The notes beneath the pieces are model-generated. The model saw nothing but the letters and a program-made list of their open reading frames with translations. It had not been told where the DNA came from and ran no database searches. From the NCBI RefSeq assembly GCF_006345805.1, contig NC_043000.1, positions 111,166,001 through 111,230,000 of the forward strand: a stretch of DNA of 64,000 bases, in the 5' to 3' direction. The stretch comes from Octopus sinensis. Taxonomy: Eukaryota. The first letter of the stretch is position 1; every line of letters starts with the position of its first letter. The position numbers and the translations under genes are program-made. Of this stretch, positions 53,159 to 64,000 are shown one piece after another.

Positions 53159-54662
53159 TGTAGAAGGCCCAACTGCGGAATCTGTGTCATCTTAGTAGAA
53201 GGTTCAGAATTTATACTAGAACAAGGCCATCAGTTCACCATTAGAACAAACTTCACCTGTGCATCAGAAAACTTAATTTACGTCTTAACATGCGCAGGCT
53301 GCAATAGGCAATATATAGGCCATACAAAAATAGCTTACGTAACAGGATGGCGGTGCATAAATCACAAATTAGAAACCCTGAATACCGGAAAATACCGGTA
53401 AGCGCTGCAATTGAAAATCCGAAATTTACAACTTACCCACTTTACAAATTCAGTGACAGCGTAACCTTCACGCAACGCCAAAATAAAGAACTTTATTTCA
53501 TCAAAAAATTTAGACCAAGTTTGAACACCCTGGGCCAGGAATATTAAAACAAAACATTGGTCTTAAGAAAAAGAAAAAACGAAACTCTACCACAACCACT
53601 ACGACTGCTCCCACTAACACTACCACTACTACAACCACCGTGGTCACTGTTACTACGGCCACAGTGAGAGAATTAAAATAGTGGAGGTGGGGGTAATTAC
53701 AATTTCTCAGATCCTTAAACAGTCACTCCCGCTGGCAGTGGTATGGCTTAGGGAAGGAAAAATTTATAAAAAGAATTTTTTTTCTCTGCGAACAGATCTG
53801 ATTTTGATTAGTCAAAAAATTGATGACGTTTTACCCCAGTGGTCAAGTTTGTCGCCATGCTTGATTGGTTTCCCTACAAGATACAGTTATGGGTCAGGTC
53901 TAATTCTGATTCGTTAAAAAATTGATGACGTTTTTCTTCCGTGGTCAAACTAACCAGGATACAATTATGGGTCAGATCTGACTTTGATTCACTAAAATAT
54001 TGATGACGTTTTTCTTCTGTGGTCAAACTATCCACCTAACAGGATACAATTATGGGTCAGATCTAATTTTGATTCGCTAAAAAATTGATGACGTTTTTCT
54101 TCCGTGGTCAAACTTGTCGTTCTGCTTGGCTGGTTTCCTAAACAGAATACAGTTGGGGGTCTTTTACTTATAATCGTTGAAGCTTGGCTTTGATTGGTTT
54201 GGAATTATATGACGTCAGTGAACAGTGCCACAACTTAACTGATATAAACACAACAATCACAAGGTTACCAAAATTACGCTAACAGTCGTCAACCAAGAAT
54301 CACTACTGTTGCTCCCATCGGAACACAAGGTAAAATCTATAATGAACTCCTGCACTACAGTAAGGAACGACTTACACCTTATAATATATTTTTTGCCTTT
54401 TCAAGAACATGGATTCTATTGATTGTATATAGCATGGACTCTATTGAATGTATGTAACAATTATGAACTGTTCCAGTATACTTTTTATGTATATAGCATG
54501 GACTCTATTGAATGTATGAAACAATTATGAACTATTTCATTATACTCTTTATTATAAAAAAAATTCTTTTTGATAAGGTTCGTTATTTCAAGAATCGAAA
54601 CATGTAAAAATTAAAATTTATCTAATATAGTGGCATTTTCAAACTTCTTTTTTACAAATATA
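53156..54662 (+). mobile_element. Penelope-like (Neptune-type) element 3' part: Zn-knuckle linker, GIY-YIG endonuclease, 3' repeat region
   Basis: KCRRPNCGIC...NFTCASENLIYVLTCAGCNRQYIGHT/LRNRMAVHKSQIR...R.NKELYFIKKFRPSLN (one frameshift); four tandem units of about 75-100 bp at 53800-54120; degenerate hammerhead-like motif at 54567-54610. Confidence 0.85.
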
Positions 54663-54717
54663 TACCCACTCGTATACGATCCAATCTTATTATAAATATA
54701 TATATATATATATATAT

Positions 54718-57389
54718 ATCATCATCATCATCATCGTTTAACGTCCGCTTTCCATGCTAGCATGGGTTGGACGGTTCAACTGGGGTCTGAGAAGCCCGAA
54801 GGCTGCACCAGGCCAGTCAGATCTGGCAGTGTTTCTACAACTGGATGCCCTTCCTAACGCCAACCACTCCGTGAGTGTAGTGGGTGCTTTTTATGTGCCA
54901 CCGACACAGGTGCCAGACGAGGCTGGCGAACGGCCACGCTCGGGTGGTGCTTTTTACGTGCCACCGGCACGGAGGCCAGGCGAGGCTGGCAACGGCCACG
55001 ATCGGATGGTGTTTGTTACGTGCCACCAGCACGGAGGCCACTCGATGCGGTGCTGGCTACGGCAACGTTCGGATGGTTCTCTTATGTGCCACCGGCACTG
55101 GTACCACAACTACAGATTCCATTGATGTTGATCGAATTCGATTTTGATTTTTTTTTTTTTTTTTCACTTGCCTCAACAGGTCTTCACAAGTAAAGTTATG
55201 TGTTCCAAGAAGGAAGGTATGCACAGGTGAACTGACTACGTCCCAGGTAGGGGCCACGGGTTATGACCTCACTTGTCCTGCCGGGTCTTCTCACGCACAG
55301 CATACTTCCAAAGGTCTCGGTCTCTGGTCATTTCCTCGGTGAGACCTAAAGAGCGAAGGTCGTGCTTCACCACCTCGTCCCAGGTTTTCCTGGGTCTACC
55401 TCTTCCACAGGTTCCCTCAATCGCTAGGGTGTGGCACTTTTTCACACAACTATCTTCATCCATTCTTACCACGTGTCGATACCAGCGTATACGTCTCTCT
55501 TGCACACCACATCTGATGCTTCTTAGGTTCAACTTTTCTCTCAAGGCACTTACACTCTGTCGGGTATGAACACTGACATTACACATCCATCGGAGCATAC
55601 TGGCTTCATTTCTTGCAAGCTTACGCATATCCTCAGCAGTCACGGCCCATGTTTCACTGCCATGTAGCATGGCTGTTCGTACACATGCGTCATGCAGTCT
55701 GCCTTTTACTCTGAGCGAGAGGCCTTTTGTCACCAGCAGAGGTAAGAGCTTTCTGAACTTTGCCCAGGCTATTCTTACTCTAGCAGTTACACTTTCGGCA
55801 CACCCGCCCCCGCTACTGACTTGATCACCTAGGTAACGGAAACTATCAACTATTTCTAGTTTTTCTCCCTGGAATGTGGCGGAAGATGGTCTCTGCGCAT
55901 TTTCAGTGTTTATTGCACCAGAGCATCTGCCACATACAAAGACTATATTCCTAGTTAGCCTTCCTTTGACATTGCTGCACCTCTTATGTGTCCATAGCTT
56001 ACACTTGGTGCATCTTATAGAGTTCCTACCTACGCCTTTTCTACAGATCGAGCAGGGCCATCTACCTGAAGGCATTTGTGATTTGTTTACCTTCCTACTT
56101 ATTAGGACTTTGGTTTTAGCTAGGTTGACTCTAAGGCTCTTCGATTCTAATACTTGCTTCCACACCTGAAACTTCTCCAGTTCTGATAGTGACTCAGCAA
56201 TTAGAGCAAGGTCATCAGCATAGAGGAGCTCCCAGAGGCATCCTGTCTTGAATTCCTCCCTTATTGCCTGGAGGACTATGATAAATAGGAGGGGGCTGAG
56301 GACTGAGCTTTGGTGGACCCCAACCTCTACCCGGAATTCTTCACTGTACTCGTTGCCAACCCTCACCTTACTAACAGCGTCCCTGTATATGGCTCGCACA
56401 GCTCTCACTAACCATTCATCTATCCCTAGTTTCCTCATTGACCACCAGATAAGGGATCAGTAGACCCTGTCAAAGGCTTTCTCCAAGTCAACGAAAGCCA
56501 GGTACAGAGTTTTATCTTTGGCTAGGTATTTCTCCTGCAGCTGTCTCACCAGAAATATGGCATCGGTAGTACTTTTCCCTGGCACGAAGCCAAACTGCAT
56601 CTCGTCCAGGTTGACTCTCTCCCTAATCAGCTGGGCTATGACCCTTTCCGTAACCTTCATTACCTGATCCAACAGCTTGATACCTCTGTAATTACTTGTA
56701 TCTAGGGCGTCACCTTTACCTTTGTAGCAGTTGACTATTATGCTACTACACCAGTCATTGGGTATGACTCCTTCGTGTATCACCTGGTTAACTATACGGG
56801 TGACTAGGCTGTAGCCGACACTACCAGATATTTTGAGCATCTCAGCAGTAATTCCTGATGGGCCTGGGGCTTTCCCTGTCTTCATGCTTCTAATTGCCTT
56901 AACTACCATGGAACTGTCAACTCGGATAGCTGGTCCCTCTATTGGGTCGACATTCGGCAGACTCTCTTTATCCCATTCATTCTCTTTGTTGAGCAACCTT
57001 TCATAGTGGCATCTCCAAACCTCTCTCTTTACATCCTCATTTAGCGCAAGTGAACCATCATCCATGCGAACACATTTCTCTCCTACCACATCACGATTCT
57101 CCCTCACACACTGTCTTGCAGTACGAAATACTTCAAGTCTTTGGTCCTCACAGCGCAGAACATTGGCAAATTTTTTCTTATTTGCTTCCCCTGTGGCTAA
57201 ATAAACCTGTCTCCTAGCTTCTCTTTTCGCAGTCTGATACAATTCCCTACTACCGCCATTCTTCCAGTCCTTCCAAGCCCGTCTCCTGTCTCTAATAGCC
57301 CTGTCTACAACATTATTCCACCACCACGTTACCCTGGGACGAGATGGGACTTTGCTCCATCTACAGATCTGGTCAGTAGCTCTCAGCAT
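54718..57389 (-). mobile_element. Young 5'-truncated RTE-clade (RTEX-like) LINE, RT nearly intact
   Basis: ORFs 56457-57389 and 55269-56438 are in one frame, separated by a single TGA. Motifs KAPGPSG, NYRGIKLL, QFGF, AFVDLEKAFDRV, LYADD. 3' UTR carries GGTTGGCGTTAGGAAGGGCATCCAG and ends GGACGTTAAAC(GAT)n. Confidence 0.95.
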
Positions 57390-57713
57390 AAGGAAAGTGG
57401 CTATAAGTTATATAAAACCAAAGAGGAATAATTCAATTGTCACTGACCTACATTGCTAGAAATAAAAGTTAAAGCCCTTAGGGCCGCAGAGAAACACATG
57501 TCTATGTACTGATAGGGGAGATAACCAACCCTCAGCAAGCGAGATCATCATACAAGTTTAGTTTCGCTTTGAATTCAAAGCTCATGAGTGACAACTACTC
57601 CATATATCCATATATATATATATATATATTTAATATCGAATTAAAAGCACCACTAATATTCTAAACATAGATCATGCATACTTAATGTATGTGCTTTGTT
57701 TGTTTGCAGGTTT

Positions 57714-57786
57714 GCTGCGGTATAGTGCCTGGGGGATGACTCCCTACCCAGCATAATGAGGGAGTCATCCCACCAATGTATGTAGC
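57714..57786. ncRNA. Candidate pre-miRNA-like hairpin
   Basis: Perfect 13-bp stem GGGATGACTCCCT/AGGGAGTCATCCC with 13-nt loop, extendable through bulges to GCTGC/GTAGC. Confidence 0.3.
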
Positions 57787-58367
57787 TGTATATAGTCATA
57801 TTACAAAAAGGGTGGGAAAGAAACTTGTTTCCTTCATATGAGCAGTGTGTTTGTTTTTATCTTGAAGGAAAGCTTGAGTGGAGGTTTGGATTTAAAAACA
57901 GAATCATACTTAGAAGTTTAAAAGAAACAGCAAACAACTTTTTTAATCTCTAACTTGCCATGGGCTGGGTACAGTTTATTAAGGCACGTTTTCAAAAGCC
58001 AGATAGCCTTCCTATTGCCAGCCCCCACCTGTTTCTGAGCAAGTGATATTACCCCCTTGTCAGACATGTTTTCACAGAATACTGGAAATGAATGACATGG
58101 CTTCTATGACAGTAAAAACCATTTACAGCTATCAAACAATATCAACACACTGAGACACACGGCAGCCTATATCTGAGGCACTGGTAGGATATTCCCAGGG
58201 AAGCATTCAACCAGAGTTCTAGGCTATTAACACTGTCAGATTCCAGACTAATACCAAAATTCTTAAAGTGTAGGCAATTCTGCTTTCACAATAGTAAAAC
58301 CATTGTGTAGGTGTAGCAAAGTGTAAACTATAACCCAAATAATCCAATTCTTTGTTTTATTATGATT

Positions 58368-58702
58368 TGGCGTTGCTGTGTGGTAAGCTTGCTTACCAAC
58401 CACATGGCTCCGGGTTCAGTCCCACTGTGTAGCATCTTGAACAAGTGACTTCTACTATAGCTTCAGGCTGACCAAAGTATTGTAAGTAGATTTTATAGAT
58501 GGAAACTGAAAGAAGTCTGTCATATATATATGTGTGTGTGTGTTTGTCACCCAACCATTGCTTGACAACAGATGTTGGTGTGGTAAAAAGGACCAACAGA
58601 ATAAGTACTAGGCTTACAAAGAATAAGTTCTGGGATTGATTTATCAACTAAAGGTGGTGCTCCAGCATGGCCACAGTCAAATGACTGAAACAAATAAAAG
58701 AA
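58368..58702 (+). mobile_element. SINE family B, CpG-depleted copy
   Basis: Family B layout with CG changed to TG/CA at most CpG positions. Confidence 0.85.
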
Positions 58703-58710
58703 CATATATA

Positions 58711-59369
58711 TATAAGGCAAATAGGAAAATGGAGAAGATATAAAATAGACAAACACCAGCCAGTAAACATTCCATTACATCTATTTATTAAATGATAATG
58801 TGTTTAAGTGGTACAAGTAAAGGAATGAGATCAGCCAATATGTAAAGATATATATAGAGATGAATGAATAATAATGAGTATATAGATACACTCATCTATT
58901 ATTATTCAGTCACCTCTCTCTCTCTCTCTCTTTTTCATATATATATAATATTTTAAAATAGTGTACATTTAAACACAAAAGAAAACTACCCTTTAACAGG
59001 TAATTTTTACTTGCTAGAAATAGCAGCCAACATGGCCAAAACCACAATTTAATAGCAATTTTCGAATGTAAAAATTACCTGTTAAAGGGTAGTTTTCTTT
59101 TGTTTAAATGTACACTTTTTTAAAATATGAATATGTTGTCTATTGACTATTTATACATGCTAGGCCACTGGTGGTGATATTTATAACGAATATTCGCTAC
59201 CCTATAGATGTATCTTATGTATATATATATAATGTTTACGTATTTATTGGCTGATCTCATTTGTTTACTTGTACCACTTAAACATTTATCATTTAATAGA
59301 TATAATGGAATGTTTAGTGGCTGATGTTTATCGATTTTATATCCTCTCCATTTTCTTATTTGCTTTATA
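58711..59369. repeat. Nested inverted repeats (outer arms about 145 bp, inner arms about 60 bp)
   Basis: 58711-58855 vs 59222-59369, and 58948-59010 vs 59068-59127, are reverse complements. Confidence 0.85.
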
Positions 59370-59564
59370 AATCCTGGATAACTTTCCAATTTACCCCCAC
59401 CCATACCTAGTATTCAATTGCAATATTGCCCTGCAATACTAAGCACTTGGATATAAATACATAGGTATACTGCCAGTGGTATATTAGATATTTATTATCC
59501 CTTAAATGGCTTATTAACCCCTAACTCATACAGACATGTAAATAATGATGATTATGATGCTTAT

Positions 59565-59732
59565 ACAGCAGGCTTCTTTCAGTTTCCATCAACTAAACCT
59601 ACTCAGAAGGCTTTGGTTGGTCCATGGCTATAGTAGAAGACAATTGCCCAAGGTGACATGCAATAGGACTGAACTCAAAATGATTTGGTTAGGAAACAAG
59701 CTTCTTAACCACACAACCGCATTTGTACCTTG
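59565..59732 (-). mobile_element. SINE family B, 5' half, degenerate
   Basis: CTTTCAGTTTCC...GCCCAAGGTG...CTTCTTAACCACAC. Confidence 0.7.
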
Positions 59733-60984
59733 ACCAACTCAAAAACAAAAATGAAGAATTGAAGATTTAAGACAAAATAAAACTTAAATGATGTTTATTA
59801 AAAGTTGTGGTTTTATTGAGTCTAGCTGAAAATATGGAATGATTACAAATGAAAAATGCTGTGATACAAAAATTTACGGCAATTTCTGTTTTTTAGAATA
59901 ACAAGCTTCTGATATCTACAGACATACAGAAAATGGGAGTAAAAATATTCCAGTGCTTTCTATAAGAATTTCAGTTGTCAAAATTCCTAATTAAACATCT
60001 AATTTTCTTATAATGACATGTGATATATTAAAAAATTATTTAAATTGGAAAAAAAAAATGTATAATTTAAAGAAAAAAATTGAGCATCAAAATGTCAAAA
60101 AGCTCTGATTTCTATAAATAAATGTCTTTGGACAACTATTGCTACAGAAGAGATTTTTTTACAAAATGGTCTAATGGAACAGGCAAGGTGTACAACAAAA
60201 ATAAATATTTTAAATATCAGTTCAGAAAATATTTGTATTTCACTTGTCATAAAAATTAATTCCGGTACTCACAAACTTCCAGCTAATCTGTGGAAGTTTC
60301 CAATGTTTAGAAACTTCCAGAATCTGGGGAATTCCTGTAAGTGGAAGGTTACAGTGCATGGAATATTGCAGTGTGGAAGGCTCTAATAATAGAATGTCTT
60401 GAAGCAAGGAAAGTTTGGGTAGATATAAAAGAAGTTCCGGAATATGGAAAGCAAACCAACGTAGGATTAGATCCTTTACCCTCCTTCTTTGGATTATGGT
60501 TTTGTTAGGAATTTAATAGACACAACCAATTGATAAATGTGAGGATATTTGAGGAGGGGGAGGAGGAGGAGATATGAAATGACAAGATGTTCATCTGGTT
60601 AGAAATTAGCAGACAAGGGATCTTTGATGGGATGTAGAGTTCCAAGAGGAATTAGCAATAGTTTAATCCTTCAGCATTTAATCCAGCCAAATCTGACCGA
60701 AATAATTCAACCTGTTTTAGGTTCAAGCAAGCCAGATCTGGCATCTCACACATACCCCACTATGTCATATTTAAAATAATCAATCACATCATTGAAATCT
60801 CAAGGTTAAGAGATAATCTATGATTAATCCAAAACAATGTGGATAAATAACCAACATTCTCTGCTTTTTTTTTTTCAATCATATCATTACAACCACCTTG
60901 GAGCCATTTCCTGTTGGAATACAACTAAACTGGGGTACAGTCATACATCACAAGGTTATATGGATGTTGTTCATTAATATATTA

Positions 60985-61560
60985 CAGTACCACAGCAGTG
61001 CTGTGTTGGTGCGACATAATGCTGCAACCTTGATGTGCAACACTGCAATGTTGAGGTAAAATACTGCAGTCACCATGTGCAATATATATACTGCAGTGTT
61101 GATGTGAAATATTTACAACCTTGATGTAAGGCAAGAACACATCAGAATTATTATTATTATTATTATCTATGTCACTAATGTGCAGTACTGCCATTTTGGG
61201 TGTGAATTATTACTGTTTTGATGTGCAGTGCTGCAACGTTGGAATGGAATCTCACTCATTTGATTGATGTGCAATACTGCAGAGCTAAAAATTATTGCAT
61301 CCTTGATATACAGAACTGCAGAGTTGGAACGGAACATTGCAAATTTGATGTGGAAAACAAACATATTGCAAGACTGCAGTGGAATATTTACCATTTTGTG
61401 GAGCAGTACAATGCTGGAATAAACTATTACCATTTTGGTGTCCAATACTATAGTATAGGAGATCCGATATCATAGTATAAGGGTGAGGGACTGCTAGCTT
61501 GATATGGAATGTAACAACCAGAATGGAATACTGCTGAGTTGGAATGGAAGGAGTACAACC
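60985..61560 (+). repeat. Old degenerate minisatellite, period about 21 bp (TTGATGTGCAATACTGCAGTG-like)
   Basis: Recurring GATGTG(C/A)A and ACTGCA motifs at roughly 21-bp spacing. Confidence 0.6.
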
Positions 61561-61694
61561 TCCAAGAGGAGTATAAGAATCATACAGGAGAAAAGCCATA
61601 CAGGAGAACCCTGGTCTGCTAAGATCAACAAGAAACTGTTTAGAAACAATGGAAGCTCAGATTGTCAAATAAGATAATAATAATAATAATAAAT

Positions 61695-62225
61695 GCCCTG
61701 ATGCAGTACCAGGTGGTGGCTTTCATGGCTTCTTAACTGATTGGAAGTGTTATCATGTTTTATCTTGGTAAAAAAGATGGGTTTTGGCAAATATTCTGCT
61801 CAATACCACAGATTTACTTGTCAGTTGTTTGACCTTAACCAGTTGAGCATGTCCCTTAGTGGCTGACGATATGTGCATCTCTGATCATGAACAAAAGTAG
61901 TGGGGGAGCATCATAGCCATGTGTTGAAAGGAATTCTTAGAGGTTTGGATGATTCACCTTTGGAAACATGGGTGGTTCGTTCAACTTCCTTAAACAACCC
62001 TTATTCAGGGACCTTTTGAGTGGGATGGGTTACTCGACCAGAAGAAAATTCTAACTGGGTCCCACCTGCAAAGTCATGCGCTGTTTATCTTGATATGAGA
62101 TCTCCATACGGTTGTGATGCATATGCCTGGTGTACCCTTATCAGACGAGTAGTCATGCTGGGTATACTGGGCTTCGTATATTTTATCCCAGTGTCACTTT
62201 GATGGCATGCACTACTCTCTCATTC
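61695..62225. mobile_element. Family E repeat, copy 2
   Basis: Colinear with 25864-26421; (TAA)n on both sides. Confidence 0.85.
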
Positions 62226-62404
62226 AATAATAATAATAATAATAATAATGTTCTGCCTTTTTTCTCATTTTACAACTGGATCATTCTAGATTACCTAGAC
62301 ACATTATTTGTGATTAAATATTTCATTTCAGTCAACAGAAACTAAACACGTAATATCTAGCAGAGGCACAAGCCAACGAAATACATAAACATAACAATGA
62401 TAAA

Positions 62405-63210
62405 CCTTTCTGCTATAGGCACAAGGCCTGAAATTTCGAGGGAAGAGTCGACTACACTGACTCCAGTACACAACTGGTACTTAATTTATTGACCCCAGAA
62501 AGGATGACAGGCTCAGCAGAATCTGAACTCAGAATGTAAAGGTGGAGGAAATGCCACTAAGCATTCCAGCTGGCATGCTAACCATTCTGCCAGATCAATG
62601 CCTTAATAATAATAATAATAGTAATGGTTTCAAATTTTGCCACAAGGGCAGCAATTTTGAGGGAGAGGATGAGTCAATTACATCGACCCTAGTCAGAATG
62701 TACTAATGGACAAAATACTGCTAATGATTCTGCCAGCTCACTGGTTTAGTAATAATAATAATCTTTTCTACTAAAGGCACAAGGCCTGAAATTTTGGGGG
62801 AGAGATGAAGTCAATTACATCGACCCCAGTACTCAACTGGTATTTAATTTATCGACCCTCAAAAGGATGAAAGGCAAAGTTGACCTCGGCAGAATTTGAA
62901 CTCAGAATGTAGTGACAGACAAAACATCGCTAAACATTTCACCTGGTGTGCTAACGTTTCTGCCAGCTCACTGTCTTAATGATAATAATAATAATCCTTT
63001 TTACTGGAAGCACAAGGCCTCAAATTTGGGGGAAGGGATTAAGTCGATTAGATCAACCCCAGTGCATAACTGGTACTTATTTAATCAACTCTGAAAGGAT
63101 GAAAGGCAAAGTCAACCTCAGCGGAATTTGAACTCAGAACGTAACAGCAGACGAGATACCACTAAGCACTTCACCCAGCATGGTAACATTTCTGCCAGCT
63201 TACCACCTTA
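62405..63210 (-). mobile_element. Four head-to-tail SINE family A copies separated by (TAA)n
   Basis: Each ends in TTCTGCCAG on the + strand; strongly CpG-decayed. Confidence 0.85.
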
Positions 63211-63813
63211 ATAATAATAATAACAACAATAATAATAATAATGATAATAATTTTTTTAAATATTTCAAAATGTTTGAAGTAAAAGAAACAAAATTTTAAA
63301 AAAATATTCCATTTCATAAATGTTAAATACCAGTTTTTCTTTTTTTTTTTTGGTGAGTTTTCTAAAATGTATAAAAGAGAAACTAAATTCTTCTTCAAAT
63401 ACAAAACAATTTGGAATGGTGATTAATGATTGATGTCTTTCATTTATGTTTTTTACCAGGAATTTTTACTTATTTCCCCCTCTTTCAATGTTGAGACGGT
63501 AAACACCCAAAAAAACACAAAAAAAAATTCTTTTATTTGCTAAGGAATATTCTTCTGTCCATTTGATAGATCAAGTAGTGGTAGGGGACGGGCGGGGGAT
63601 GGGGGTTGGTTTAACTGATTGTCCATCTGTGCACCTCTCCCACAGCACACATTAAAAAAATTTTTTTCTAAAAACCCAATAAAATGGTATGTGCTCTTCC
63701 GCTTCTGTTCAGAAATCAAAAGTCAATATCATCGTCGTCATCATCATCATCATCACCATGACCAACAATCAATAATTATATAGATTTAGTTTTGTGGAAT
63801 AACCCGACTCTAG

Positions 63814-63978
63814 TCACGCTGACGGCTGGTCTTTCCAGTTCTGAACAATCTCTAAAATTGGTTTTATCACAGCTGCAGGTTTCTTGTACATCATATGATG
63901 GTCGACACCATTTATGATAATGTGGTGGGCATTGCTGAAGAATTTTTGGATCATTTTCCGCTCGCCACGAGCCCAAGC
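63814..63978 (-). CDS. Terminal coding exon of an alpha/beta-hydrolase-fold protein: AWARGERKMIQKFFSNAHHIIINGVDHHMMYKKPAAVIKPILEIVQNWKDQPSA*
   Basis: GTCTTTGTAG|GCT acceptor, phase 0, 165 nt to TGA. The pattern strand(HIII)-G.DH-...P..V...I.E.V matches the catalytic-His loop and last helix of alpha/beta hydrolases. AATAAA about 280 nt downstream (63532-63537). The ORF track (63776..63976) shows a different frame. Confidence 0.7.
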   Translation of the reverse strand, partial: AWARGERKMIQKFFSNAHHIIINGVDHHMMYKKPAAVIKPILEIVQNWKDQPSA

Positions 63979-64000
63979 CTACAAAGACATTACATGTAAA

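Noticed and set aside
53800-54120. Tandem units of about 75-100 bp as a CRISPR-like array or ribozyme repeats
   Set aside because: Eukaryotic context, no unique spacers, no GAAA or stem layout; ordinary tandem duplication in a Penelope 3' region.
56438-56459. Programmed frameshift or readthrough between the two RTE ORFs
   Set aside because: Both ORFs are in the same frame; a single point-mutation stop in this copy is the simpler explanation.
63776-63976. Track ORF MGSWRAENDPK... as the protein product
   Set aside because: It begins at a non-ATG codon beside a splice acceptor; the phase-0 frame gives a recognisable hydrolase C-terminus.

Overview
This is AT-rich, microsatellite-saturated animal genomic DNA. 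The SINE families and repeat landscape look like coleoid cephalopod, most likely Octopus (pattern recognition, not a search). There is one 100-N assembly gap at 7455-7554. Almost all ORFs in the supplied track are translations of (TA)n/(TG)n/(TATG)n/(TAGA)n arrays or SINEs. The interpretable content is: (i) three tRNA-derived SINE families in about 30 copies; (ii) LINE remnants of several clades (RTE x3, including a near-intact 5'-truncated copy with a PHD finger inside its RT; Tx1 x2; R4/Dong x2; CR1; a HERO-like RLE piece; Penelope/Neptune GIY-YIG); (iii) DNA-transposon remnants and MITEs (mariner, DD37D-type Tc1/mariner, Tigger, hAT, Helitron, Helentron); (iv) host exons that the ORF track missed or reported out of frame or without splice boundaries, namely the last coding exon of an alpha/beta-hydrolase-fold gene (63814-63978, minus) and two phase-compatible exons of an unidentified minus-strand gene (23980-24073 and 19589-19754). 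The most striking signal is a set of about a dozen minimal type-I hammerhead-ribozyme motifs spread over several unrelated short repeat families. One is a tRNA-promoter-headed element with an intact-looking hammerhead and an inverted partner copy (52286-52810), a candidate Pol III retrozyme or Penelope-dependent SINE. A CpG-decay transition near 57 kb suggests a methylated gene body at the right end. All family assignments come from motif recognition by eye; no searches or folding computations were run.
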